A stretch of 32,000 bases of DNA from Bacillus subtilis subsp. subtilis str. 168 (GCF_000009045.1 NC_000964.3:270001-302000), one strand, 5' to 3'; counted from the first letter of the stretch, positions 1-8,339 are shown. Numbers and translations are program-made. The notes: a model not told the origin generated them from the letters alone.

Positions 1-312
1 ATTGCCCAGGAGGAAATTTTCGGTCCGGTGATCGCCTTGATCAAGGTGGACTCGATAGAGGAGGCGCTGAACATCGCCAATGATGTGAAGTTCGGTTTAA
101 GTGCATCCATCTTCACGGAAAACATCGGCCGAATGCTTTCTTTCATTGATGAAATCGATGCCGGGCTGGTTCGGATCAATGCAGAAAGCGCAGGTGTTGA
201 GCTGCAGGCGCCTTTTGGCGGCATGAAGCAGTCGAGCTCCCACTCCCGAGAACAGGGTGAGGCAGCGAAGGACTTTTTCACAGCGATCAAAACTGTTTTT
301 GTGAAGCCGTAA
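1..312 (+). CDS. ycbD: NAD(P)-dependent aldehyde dehydrogenase, C-terminal fragment (5' end lies outside the window). Likely 2,5-dioxovalerate / alpha-ketoglutarate semialdehyde dehydrogenase of the glucarate/galactarate pathway.
   Basis: Frame 1 is open from base 1 to TAA 310-312. The translation [16 protein letters not shown]...[12 protein letters not shown] carries the EEIFGPV and PFGG motifs of the aldehyde dehydrogenase family. It lies directly upstream of gudP, as in B. subtilis. Confidence 0.9.
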   Translation: MAQEEIFGPVIALIKVDSIEEALNIANDVKFGLSASIFTENIGRMLSFIDEIDAGLVRINAESAGVELQAPFGGMKQSSSHSREQGEAAKDFFTAIKTVFVKP

Positions 313-395
313 TGGTGCTGGAAAGAGGCGTGCGTCTCTTTCCCGGTTTATCACAACCAGCATATGATTCTCTACTTTGAAAAGGAGAAGATACT

Positions 396-1763
396 ATGAA
401 AAAAGACTTTGCGAGTGTTACTCCGGCGGGCAAAAAAACGTCCGTGCGCTGGTTCATCGTGTTTATGCTGTTTCTTGTGACCTCTATTAACTACGCGGAT
501 CGAGCGACGCTTTCCATCACCGGAGATTCCGTCCAGCACGATTTGGGATTGGACTCGGTCGCCATGGGATATGTCTTTTCTGCCTTTGGCTGGGCCTATG
601 TCATCGGACAGCTTCCGGGCGGCTGGCTGCTGGACCGTTTTGGTTCAAAGACTATCATTGCGTTAAGCATCTTTTTCTGGTCGTTTTTTACGTTGCTGCA
701 AGGGGCGATTGGCTTTTTCTCCGCCGGCACAGCGATTATCCTGCTGTTTGCACTGCGTTTTCTGGTTGGTTTATCAGAAGCGCCTTCATTTCCCGGAAAC
801 GGCAGAGTTGTTGCCTCATGGTTTCCAAGCTCCGAGCGCGGGACAGCTTCAGCCTTTTTTAATTCAGCACAATACTTCGCAATCGTCATTTTTTCTCCTT
901 TAATGGGCTGGCTTACCCACTCTTTCGGCTGGCATTCCGTTTTCGTTGTCATGGGTATTGCAGGCATTCTTCTGGCTGTCATCTGGCTAAAAACGGTGTA
1001 TGAACCGAAAAAACATCCGAAGGTTAATGAAGCTGAGCTTGCGTACATCGAACAGGGCGGCGGGCTGATTTCCATGGATGACAGTAAAAGCAAACAAGAA
1101 ACAGAATCGAAATGGCCGTATATCAAACAGCTGTTAACGAACCGCATGCTGATTGGCGTGTACATCGCGCAATACTGTATTACGACTCTCACCTATTTCT
1201 TTCTCACATGGTTTCCGGTATATTTGGTTCAGGCCCGCGGCATGTCTATTCTTGAAGCTGGGTTTGTCGCTTCCCTGCCGGCGCTGTGCGGATTTGCCGG
1301 CGGCGTGCTTGGGGGCATTGTGTCAGACATCTTACTCAAAAAAGGCCGTTCACTGACCTTTGCAAGAAAAGTGCCAATCATTGCCGGCATGCTGCTGTCT
1401 TGCAGTATGATTGTCTGTAACTACACAGATTCAGCATGGCTCGTCGTTGTCATTATGTCGCTCGCGTTTTTCGGAAAAGGCTTCGGCGCATTGGGTTGGG
1501 CTGTCGTGTCGGACACGTCTCCGAAAGAATGTGCAGGATTAAGCGGCGGTTTGTTCAACACTTTCGGGAATATTGCCTCAATTACAACACCGATTATTAT
1601 CGGATACATTGTCAATGCCACTGGATCTTTCAATGGCGCGCTTGTGTTTGTCGGCGCTAACGCGATTGCGGCGATCCTCAGCTATTTGCTGCTGGTCGGG
1701 CCGATCAAACGGGTCGTGTTAAAGAAACAAGAACAAGACCCCGATCAATCGTTGCCTGTCTAA
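396..1763 (+). CDS. gudP: MFS glucarate/galactarate transporter, 455 aa
   Basis: Track ORF, multi-span hydrophobic protein of the anion:cation symporter MFS type. SD AAAGGAGAAG lies 6-7 nt before the ATG. Adjacent to glucarate dehydratase. Confidence 0.92.
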   Translation: MKKDFASVTPAGKKTSVRWFIVFMLFLVTSINYADRATLSITGDSVQHDLGLDSVAMGYVFSAFGWAYVIGQLPGGWLLDRFGSKTIIALSIFFWSFFTLLQGAIGFFSAGTAIILLFALRFLVGLSEAPSFPGNGRVVASWFPSSERGTASAFFNSAQYFAIVIFSPLMGWLTHSFGWHSVFVVMGIAGILLAVIWLKTVYEPKKHPKVNEAELAYIEQGGGLISMDDSKSKQETESKWPYIKQLLTNRMLIGVYIAQYCITTLTYFFLTWFPVYLVQARGMSILEAGFVASLPALCGFAGGVLGGIVSDILLKKGRSLTFARKVPIIAGMLLSCSMIVCNYTDSAWLVVVIMSLAFFGKGFGALGWAVVSDTSPKECAGLSGGLFNTFGNIASITTPIIIGYIVNATGSFNGALVFVGANAIAAILSYLLLVGPIKRVVLKKQEQDPDQSLPV

Positions 1764-1769
1764 TATTTA

Positions 1770-1783
1770 TGAAAGCGCTTTAT
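1770..1783. promoter_or_regulatory. Candidate catabolite-responsive element (cre, CcpA site) in the gudP-gudD spacer
   Basis: TGAAAGCGCTTTAT matches 12 of 14 positions of the cre consensus TGWAANCGNTNWCA and has the palindromic AGCGCT core. No binding data can be derived from sequence alone. Confidence 0.35.
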
Positions 1784-1799
1784 AAAGGGAGGAAAATGC

Positions 1800-3167
1800 A
1801 TGAGTTCACCGATACAAGAGCAGGTTCAAAAAGAAAAAAGATCGAATATTCCCTCAATTTCTGAAATGAAGGTGATTCCTGTTGCGGGACATGACAGCAT
1901 GCTGCTGAATCTAAGCGGAGCACACAGCCCGTTTTTTACCCGGAATATCGTAATCTTAACAGACAGCAGCGGAAATCAGGGAGTCGGCGAGGTGCCTGGC
2001 GGAGAGCATATTCGCCGCACACTGGAGCTGTCAGAGCCGCTTGTTGTCGGAAAATCTATCGGTGCGTACCAGGCGATATTGCAAACGGTCAGAAAGCAGT
2101 TTGGCGATCAGGACAGGGGAGGGCGAGGAAACCAGACGTTTGATTTGCGCACCACTGTGCACGCCGTCACCGCACTGGAAGCGGCTTTGTTGGATTTGCT
2201 TGGAAAGTTTCTTCAGGAACCGGTCGCGGCTTTGCTGGGCGAAGGGAAGCAGCGTGATGAAGTAAAAATGCTCGGTTACCTCTTTTACATCGGCGACCGA
2301 AATCGGACGACCTTGCCGTATCAAAGCGATGAGCAGTCAGATTGTGCGTGGTTCCGTCTGCGCCATGAGGAAGCGCTGACGCCGGAGGCCATTGTGCGTC
2401 TTGCCGAATCCGCACAGGAGCGCTATGGCTTTCAGGATTTCAAATTGAAAGGCGGGGTGCTGCGGGGAGAAGAGGAAATCGAAGCTGTTACCGCATTATC
2501 GAAACGTTTTCCAGAGGCAAGGATCACTCTTGATCCGAACGGGGCATGGTCATTAGAGGAAGCTATTGCATTATGCAAAGGAAAGCAAGATGTGCTCGCG
2601 TATGCGGAAGATCCATGCGGGGATGAGAATGGCTACTCCGCTCGTGAAGTAATGGCTGAATTCCGCCGCGCGACAGGGCTTCCGACTGCGACAAATATGA
2701 TTGCGACTGACTGGCGGGAAATGGGTCACGCGATTCAGCTCCACGCGGTCGATATACCGCTGGCTGATCCGCATTTTTGGACGATGCAAGGGTCGGTGCG
2801 GGTTGCGCAAATGTGCCATGATTGGGGTTTGACATGGGGCTCGCACTCCAACAACCACTTTGATATTTCCCTTGCGATGTTTACCCATGTGGCAGCAGCG
2901 GCTCCGGGGCGGATCACGGCGATTGATACCCATTGGATCTGGCAGGACGGGCAGCGATTAACGAAACAGCCTTTTGAGATTTCTTCTGGCTGTGTCAAGG
3001 TGCCGGATAAGCCTGGACTAGGCGTCGATATTGATATGGAACAAGTGGAAAAAGCGCATGAGATCTATCGGAAAATGAATTTAGGCGCACGGAATGATGC
3101 GATCCCAATGCAGTTCCTGATCAGCAACTGGGAATTTGACCGGAAGCGCCCGTGTCTTGTGCGATAA
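1800..3167 (+). CDS. gudD: D-glucarate dehydratase (enolase superfamily), 455 aa
   Basis: Track ORF. SD AAGGGAGG lies before the ATG. Enolase/mandelate racemase type sequence ([19 protein letters not shown]). Flanked by gudP and garD. Confidence 0.93.
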   Translation: MSSPIQEQVQKEKRSNIPSISEMKVIPVAGHDSMLLNLSGAHSPFFTRNIVILTDSSGNQGVGEVPGGEHIRRTLELSEPLVVGKSIGAYQAILQTVRKQFGDQDRGGRGNQTFDLRTTVHAVTALEAALLDLLGKFLQEPVAALLGEGKQRDEVKMLGYLFYIGDRNRTTLPYQSDEQSDCAWFRLRHEEALTPEAIVRLAESAQERYGFQDFKLKGGVLRGEEEIEAVTALSKRFPEARITLDPNGAWSLEEAIALCKGKQDVLAYAEDPCGDENGYSAREVMAEFRRATGLPTATNMIATDWREMGHAIQLHAVDIPLADPHFWTMQGSVRVAQMCHDWGLTWGSHSNNHFDISLAMFTHVAAAAPGRITAIDTHWIWQDGQRLTKQPFEISSGCVKVPDKPGLGVDIDMEQVEKAHEIYRKMNLGARNDAIPMQFLISNWEFDRKRPCLVR

Positions 3168-3236
3168 GTTTGATTGTAAATATTGTCATATCCGCTATTT
3201 TGTCTTACAATTGAACAACTGAAGGGAGAGTTGTTC

Positions 3237-3938
3237 GTGTACGAAGGTTTAGAGGATTTGAAAGTCGATACAGTCAATCGGAAAACATTAGCCAAGCAGG
3301 TCATCGAACGGATTGTCCATTTATTATCGAGCGGACAGTTGAGGGCCGGAGACAAATTGCCGACAGAAATGGAACTGATGGACATTTTGCATGTCAGCAG
3401 GCCGGTGCTACGGGAAGCACTCAGTTCACTTGAAACGCTGGGCGTCATTACGAGAAAAACACGAGGGGGCACATATTTCAACGATAAAATCGGCATGCAG
3501 CCATTTTCCGTCATGCTTGCTTTGGCCACTGATAATCTTCCGGCTATCATTGAAGCGCGGATGGCGCTAGAACTCGGGCTCGTGACAATTGCCGCGGAAA
3601 AAATCAATGAGGAAGAGCTTCAGCGTTTGCAGAAGACGATCGACGATATTGCCAACAGCACTGACAATCATTATGGTGAAGCGGATAAAGAGTTCCATCG
3701 AATTATTGCGTTAAGCGCCAATAACCCCGTCGTTGAAGGGATGATTCAGTCCCTGCTGATCACCCATGCGAAAATTGACAGCCAAATTCCGTACAGGGAG
3801 AGAGATGTAACGGTCGAATATCACAAAAAAATCTACGACGCCCTTGCCAAAAGAGATCCGTACAAAGCACATTACCACATGTATGAGCATCTGAAATTTG
3901 TCCGTGACAAAATTCTAAAAGGAATGGATGAAAAATAA
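3237..3938 (+). CDS. ycbG: GntR/FadR-family transcriptional regulator, 233 aa
   Basis: The track ORF begins at 3183, but that ATG has no SD. The in-frame GTG at 3237 is preceded by GAAGGGAGAG with 6-7 nt spacing and gives 233 aa. N-terminal winged HTH (LPTEMELMDILHVSRPVLREAL) and a C-terminal FCD-type domain. Confidence 0.85.
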   Translation: MYEGLEDLKVDTVNRKTLAKQVIERIVHLLSSGQLRAGDKLPTEMELMDILHVSRPVLREALSSLETLGVITRKTRGGTYFNDKIGMQPFSVMLALATDNLPAIIEARMALELGLVTIAAEKINEEELQRLQKTIDDIANSTDNHYGEADKEFHRIIALSANNPVVEGMIQSLLITHAKIDSQIPYRERDVTVEYHKKIYDALAKRDPYKAHYHMYEHLKFVRDKILKGMDEK

Positions 3939-3946
3939 TGGTGAGC

Positions 3947-3981
3947 AACCGCAGTTGAAACGTAAGAGCTGCGGTTTTTTT
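3947..3981 (+). terminator. Intrinsic terminator-like hairpin between ycbG and garD
   Basis: AACCGCAG (3947-3954) pairs with CTGCGGTT (3969-3976) and is followed by a T-run to 3981. Confidence 0.6.
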
Positions 3982-4028
3982 AAACCAATTTAGAAAACGC
4001 TTACTAAAATATGAGGAGTGATTTTCAT

Positions 4029-5561
4029 ATGGCGATGAACCTCAGGAAGAACCAAGCCCCCCTTTACATCAAAGTGCATGAAATAGATAACACCGCGATT
4101 ATTGTAAATGATGGAGGGCTGCCAAAGGGCACTGTTTTCTCATGCGGGCTCGTACTTGAAGAGGATGTTCCTCAAGGCCATAAGGTGGCCCTCACCGATC
4201 TCAATCAAGGGGACGAGATCGTGCGTTACGGAGAGGTGATCGGATTTGCTGATGAGACGATCAAACGCGGGAGCTGGATACGGGAAGCCCTCGTGAGAAT
4301 GCCCGCTCCTCCGGCGTTAGACGATCTTCCTCTCGCAAACAGGGTGCCGCAGCCGCGGCCCCCACTTGAAGGATATACATTTGAAGGATACCGAAATGCG
4401 GATGGCAGTGCGGGGACAAAAAATATCCTCGGCATCACGACAAGTGTTCAATGTGTTGTTGGCGTTTTGGATTATGCAGTCAAACGAATAAAAGAAGAGC
4501 TGCTGCCGAAATACCCAAATGTCGATGACGTTGTGCCGCTGCATCATCAATACGGATGCGGCGTGGCGATCAATGCGCCCGACGCTGTCATTCCGATCCG
4601 CACGATTCAAAATCTTGCGAAGCATCCGAACTTCGGCGGTGAAGTAATGGTAATCGGATTGGGATGTGAAAAGCTCCTCCCGGAAAGAATTGCCTCCGAA
4701 AATGATGATGACATTCTATCGCTCCAGGATCACCGAGGTTTTGCGGCGATGATCCAATCCATTTTGGAAATGGCGGAGGAACGGTTAATCAGGCTGAACA
4801 GCAGAACCCGGGTGTCATGCCCTGTTTCGGATCTGGTTATCGGCCTGCAATGCGGCGGCAGTGATGCGTTTTCCGGCGTGACGGCGAACCCTGCCGTGGG
4901 GTATGCGGCTGATTTATTGGTTCGCGCAGGTGCAACGGTTTTGTTTTCTGAAGTGACAGAGGTGCGGGATGCCATTCATTTATTAACGCCGCGGGCTGTC
5001 AGTGAAGAGGTCGGACAATCGCTGATCAAAGAGATGAAGTGGTATGACAGCTATCTTCGGCGGGGAGACGCAGACCGTAGCGCAAACCCGTCACCAGGCA
5101 ATAAAAAAGGCGGATTATCCAATGTGGTGGAAAAAGCGTTAGGTTCGGTAGCGAAATCAGGCACAAGCCCCATCTCCGGCGTGCTCGGCCCTGGTGAAAG
5201 AGCAAAGCAAAAAGGCCTGCTGTTCGCGGCGACACCGGCAAGCGATTTTGTGTGCGGCACCCTGCAGCTGGCTGCGGGCATGAATTTGCAGGTGTTTACG
5301 ACAGGGAGAGGAACACCATATGGCCTGGCTGCTGCGCCGGTTCTGAAAGTATCGACGCGGCATTCCTTATCAGAGCATTGGGCTGATTTAATCGATATCA
5401 ATGCCGGCCGAATCGCGACAGGAGAGGCCAGTATCGAAGACGTAGGCTGGGAAATCTTCAGGACGATTTTGGATGTGGCAAGCGGCCGCAAACAAACGTG
5501 GGCAGACCGTTGGGGTCTTCATAATGATTTGTGCTTGTTTAATCCTGCTCCAGTGACTTGA
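4029..5561 (+). CDS. garD: D-galactarate dehydratase (UxaA/altronate dehydratase family), 510 aa
   Basis: The track ORF starts at 4011, but the SD GAGGAG (4013-4018) lies inside that extension. The ATG at 4029 sits 10 nt after the SD and gives 510 aa. SAF N-domain plus UxaA-type C-domain ([18 protein letters not shown]). Confidence 0.9.
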
Positions 5562-5637
5562 TTCATGTTTTTATAGCGGAAAGATGGAATATGCTGTAAA
5601 ATGAAAATCAGCGTATAGGAAACGGAGGGGTTACAGC

Positions 5638-5676
5638 ATGGCATTCATTAGATTCCGAGTGACACGAATTCAATAG
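5638..5676 (+). CDS. Candidate 12-codon leader peptide MAFIRFRVTRIQ upstream of ycbJ (hypothetical)
   Basis: ATG 5638 is preceded by GGAGGGG (5624-5630) at about 9 nt spacing; stop TAG 5674-5676. Too short for the ORF track. Contains Arg-Phe-Arg. A structured region and a terminator follow. No conservation check was possible. Confidence 0.3.
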   Translation: MAFIRFRVTRIQ

Positions 5677-5752
5677 TGAACAACTCTCGCCTGAATGCGA
5701 GAGAATCGGGATGAATCCGCCTATGTATGAGCCCTTATATGGTTATCAAAAA

Positions 5753-5778
5753 AGAGGGTGGCGTGCCTGCCCTTTTTT
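5753..5778 (+). terminator. Intrinsic terminator/attenuator between garD and ycbJ
   Basis: AAAGAGGGTGG...CCTGCCCTTTTTT: a GC-rich stem with one small internal bulge, an A-tract upstream and a T6 run 5773-5778. It could be the garD terminator, a ycbJ leader attenuator, or both. Confidence 0.5.
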
Positions 5779-5792
5779 GTGCCTTCAAGCAT

Positions 5793-5830
5793 CCCTTCTC
5801 TCTACTGCAGGCCGGAGCATGAGAAAGGGG
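5793..5830 (+). promoter_or_regulatory. Hairpin sequestering the ycbJ Shine-Dalgarno sequence
   Basis: CCCTTCTC (5793-5800) pairs with GAGAA(A)GGG (5821-5829): 8 bp with one bulged A. The 3' arm is the ycbJ SD (GAAAGGGG, 7 nt before ATG 5838). Confidence 0.35.
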
Positions 5831-5837
5831 AAATGGG

Positions 5838-6758
5838 ATGACAAACCTTAACGAAAAACAGCTTATCACTGAGATTGTCGGGCTTGCACGCAGCCAAGGT
5901 TTGACGGTTCATTCTGAGAACGCGCAATTGAATGAAACCGGAATGGACTTTCAAGTTGTATTTGCCAAGGACGACACAGGTATGCCATGGGTGCTGCGAA
6001 AACCGCGGCGAAGTGATGTTGTGGAAAGAGCATCTGCAGAAGGCATAACGCTTGCCTTTCTCCGCGCGAATCTGACTGCTGATGTGCCGGATTGGAGAAT
6101 TCATACACCGGAATTGATCGCTTACCCCATGTTAAAAGGAACGCCGGCTGCTGGAATTGACTTGGAACAAAAGCAATATGTATGGAATATGGATCATCAG
6201 CCGCCGTCAGACGACTTTGTCCGCACACTTGCCGACATACTGGCTGAATTACATGGCACGGATCAAATATCTGCTGGGCAATCCGGAATAGAAGTGATAA
6301 GGCCAGAAGATTTCAGGCAAATGACAGCAGACTCTATGGTTGATGTGAAGAATAAGCTTGGCGTATCTACGACGCTTTGGGAAAGATGGCAAAAGTGGGT
6401 AGATGATGATGCATACTGGCCGGGTTTCTCTTCTTTGATACACGGCGATCTCCACCCGCCGCATATCCTTATCGATCAAAATGGACGTGTCACAGGACTT
6501 CTGGATTGGACAGAAGCGAAGGTTGCTGACCCAGCCAAGGATTTTGTTCTTTATCAAACCATTTTCGGAGAAAAAGAAACTGCCCGTTTGCTTGAATACT
6601 ATGATCAAGCAGGCGGCCGAATATGGGCAAAAATGCAGGAACACATCTCAGAGATGCAGGCGGCGTATCCGGTGGAAATCGCCAAGCTAGCTCTGCAAAC
6701 ACAGCAGGAGGAACACATCAATATGGCGCTGGAAGCACTTGGTGTAACATCGGATTAA
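5838..6758 (+). CDS. ycbJ: Aminoglycoside/macrolide phosphotransferase (APH) family protein, Mph-like, 306 aa
   Basis: Track ORF. Kinase-fold catalytic loop HGDLHPPHILID and the DWTEAKVADPAKDF segment are typical of macrolide 2'-phosphotransferase-like enzymes. Confidence 0.88.
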   Translation: MTNLNEKQLITEIVGLARSQGLTVHSENAQLNETGMDFQVVFAKDDTGMPWVLRKPRRSDVVERASAEGITLAFLRANLTADVPDWRIHTPELIAYPMLKGTPAAGIDLEQKQYVWNMDHQPPSDDFVRTLADILAELHGTDQISAGQSGIEVIRPEDFRQMTADSMVDVKNKLGVSTTLWERWQKWVDDDAYWPGFSSLIHGDLHPPHILIDQNGRVTGLLDWTEAKVADPAKDFVLYQTIFGEKETARLLEYYDQAGGRIWAKMQEHISEMQAAYPVEIAKLALQTQQEEHINMALEALGVTSD

Positions 6759-6761
6759 GAA

Positions 6762-6790
6762 TTGACTTCGTTTCATGAACCGAGTATTAT
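6762..6790 (+). promoter_or_regulatory. SigA-type promoter of the rtpA-ycbK operon
   Basis: TTGACT (6762-6767), 17-nt spacer, TATTAT (6785-6790), immediately after the ycbJ stop and before the T-box leader. Confidence 0.7.
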
Positions 6791-6796
6791 AAACTC

Positions 6797-7085
6797 TACA
6801 AATAATAGAACGGATTAACAATCGTGAGGAAGAGCAAGTACGCATCAGAATGGAGGTTCAGAGAGTCGGTGGCAGGTGTGAACCGATCCTCCCCTGATGC
6901 CGAATGGGCTTCTGAATTGCTTTGCTGAACGGATAGTAGGCGATGCCGGGTTTCTCTCCCCGTTACCAAGAGAGGAGTATCGAAACATAGGTTTTCTGTA
7001 CTTAGAGTGAACGGCTGTATAGCTGTTAATAAAGGTGGTACCGCGAGACCCTCGTCCTTTGCATAGGACGGGGGTTTTTTGTGTT
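6797..7085 (+). promoter_or_regulatory. T-box riboswitch leader, tryptophan-specific (tRNA-Trp sensing)
   Basis: Stem I shows a GA/K-turn motif, an AGUA S-turn, an AGAGAG box (6860-6865) and a distal GGTGTGAA loop. The specifier loop reads GAA-TGG-G, with the Trp codon TGG at 6905-6907. The conserved T-box sequence AAAGGTGGTACCGCG lies at 7031-7045. The terminator CCCTCGTCCT/AGGACGGGGG plus T-run lies at 7049-7080. Confidence 0.9.
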
Positions 7086-7106
7086 TCTTAAAGGAGGTGA
7101 CGGCCA

Positions 7107-7139
7107 ATGTACGATGGCTGGTGGTGGCATAGCAGATGA
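7107..7139 (+). CDS. rtpLP: Leader peptide MYDGWWWHSR (10 codons, three consecutive Trp codons) controlling rtpA translation
   Basis: ATG 7107 follows SD AAAGGAGGTGA (7090-7100). TGG TGG TGG occupies 7119-7127. The stop TGA 7137-7139 sits only a few nt from the rtpA SD. Absent from the ORF track. Confidence 0.85.
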   Translation: MYDGWWWHSR

Positions 7140-7159
7140 GTTAGAAAGGAGGATATCAA

Positions 7160-7321
7160 ATGGTCATTGCAACTGATGATCTTGAGGTCGCATGTCCTAA
7201 ATGTGAAAGAGCGGGAGAAATCGAAGGAACACCTTGCCCGGCCTGCAGCGGAAAAGGTGTTATTCTGACTGCTCAAGGATATACGCTTCTCGATTTTATC
7301 CAAAAGCATTTGAATAAGTAA
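7160..7321 (+). CDS. rtpA: Anti-TRAP protein (AT), 53 aa, zinc-ribbon CxxC...CxxC
   Basis: ATG 7160 follows SD AAAGGAGGA. The translation MVIATDDLEVACPKCERAGEIEGTPCPACSGKGVILTAQGYTLLDFIQKHLNK has a DnaJ-like Cys motif. Absent from the ORF track (under 60 aa). Confidence 0.93.
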   Translation: MVIATDDLEVACPKCERAGEIEGTPCPACSGKGVILTAQGYTLLDFIQKHLNK

Positions 7322-7341
7322 AGGAGAAAAGCTGAGCTGAG

Positions 7342-8280
7342 ATGAGAGCAGAAGAGCAGAGTAAGATTCGTGAGGCCGCAGCAGGTACGATTTTTTTGCT
7401 GATCGGAACAGTTTGTTTTGCGTCTAAATCGATTTGGATAAAATGGGCATACCAAATGGGTGCTGAGCCAGATGCCGTGCTGCTATACAGGCAGCTGCTG
7501 GCTGTTCCGCTGTTTTGGCTGATTTTTTTAATATACCGTCCTCCAATGCCAGACGGTAAGAAAAAAGGAGACCTATGGAAGGCTTGTGGCGCGGGAGTGT
7601 TTTGTTTTTTTCTGTCTCCCTTGCTTGATTTTATCGGGCTGAACCATGTATCCGCAATGGTTGAACGTATATTGCTGATGAGCTATCCGTTGTTTGTGTT
7701 TGGATTCACCGCGTGTCGTGACCGGAAAATGTCCTCAATTCAGGACCTTTTCGCAGTTCTGGCGGTCATGTTTGGGCTTTTCTTGGCGCTGGGCGGCTGG
7801 AATGCTGAGCTTTTCCAGGCGAATATGATTGGAGCTGTATTCATTTTGTTATCTTCGGCCGTCTATGCTGGTTATCTTGTCCTTTCCGGGCATCTCGTCC
7901 ATCAAATCGGAGGGATCCGTCTCAATGCATACGGGATGACAGCTGCTGGAGCTGCCATGATGCTTTACACAGGGATAAAATCGGCGGCTGGCATGAATAC
8001 GCCAATGGCAGCATATCCGCTTTCTATGTATGGTTTGTTCGCAGTAATTGCAGTCGTTACCACAGTGATTCCATTTGTGCTAATGCTTGAGGGCATAAAA
8101 CGAATCGGGGCACAGCGAGCCGCCGCCATTTCAATGGCAGGGCCTATCCTGACGATTTTCTATGGAGCTTTATTTCTCGGTGAACGGCTCGGGCTCATTC
8201 AAGTCATTGGATGCGGTGGCGTATTTTTTGTCATTACGGGCATGGAATACAGGAAGCTGAAAACAGGAAAAAAAGAATAA
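7342..8280 (+). CDS. ycbK: EamA/DMT-family membrane transporter, 312 aa
   Basis: Track ORF. A 10-TM-like hydrophobic profile in two EamA-type halves. Lies 20 nt downstream of rtpA, so probably co-transcribed. Confidence 0.88.
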   Translation: MRAEEQSKIREAAAGTIFLLIGTVCFASKSIWIKWAYQMGAEPDAVLLYRQLLAVPLFWLIFLIYRPPMPDGKKKGDLWKACGAGVFCFFLSPLLDFIGLNHVSAMVERILLMSYPLFVFGFTACRDRKMSSIQDLFAVLAVMFGLFLALGGWNAELFQANMIGAVFILLSSAVYAGYLVLSGHLVHQIGGIRLNAYGMTAAGAAMMLYTGIKSAAGMNTPMAAYPLSMYGLFAVIAVVTTVIPFVLMLEGIKRIGAQRAAAISMAGPILTIFYGALFLGERLGLIQVIGCGGVFFVITGMEYRKLKTGKKE

Positions 8281-8287
8281 TTTTTAT

Positions 8288-8339
8288 AAAACACACACGT
8301 TTTTCAATTACAATAAGTGTAATTACGTGTGTGTTTTTT
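8288..8339 (+). terminator. Long intrinsic terminator after ycbK
   Basis: AAAACACACACGT (8288-8300) pairs with ACGTGTGTGTTTT (8325-8337). An inner AATTAC/GTAATT helix and a trailing T-run are also present. Confidence 0.8.

Noticed and set aside
596-1192. Long antisense ORFs inside confirmed genes: 596-1192(-), 3065-3607(-), 5051-5491(-), 14665-15348(-), 18951-19685(+), 23975-24379(-), 28757-29248(-) and the many 60-130 aa ORFs in the track.
   Set aside because: Each lies entirely within, and opposite or out of frame to, a gene with clear family motifs. None has an SD-like sequence, and their translations are low-complexity (Arg/Ser/Cys/Pro-rich), as expected for shadow frames.
3183-3236. N-terminal extensions of track ORFs: ycbG 3183, garD 4011, ycbP 12176, cwlJ 12379, ycbR 12934, tatAd 15766, lipA 22172, yczC 23273, natR 26291 and ycbO 11025.
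   Set aside because: In each case the extension contains or overlaps the real Shine-Dalgarno sequence or an upstream terminator. A downstream in-frame start with 6-10 nt SD spacing gives the protein length I recall for the B. subtilis gene.
5711-5851. 46-codon ORF (MNPPMYEPLYGYQKRGWRACPF...) spanning the garD-ycbJ spacer and overlapping the ycbJ start.
   Set aside because: It has no SD, reads straight through the terminator hairpin and the SD-sequestering hairpin, and ends out of frame inside ycbJ. It is most likely fortuitous.
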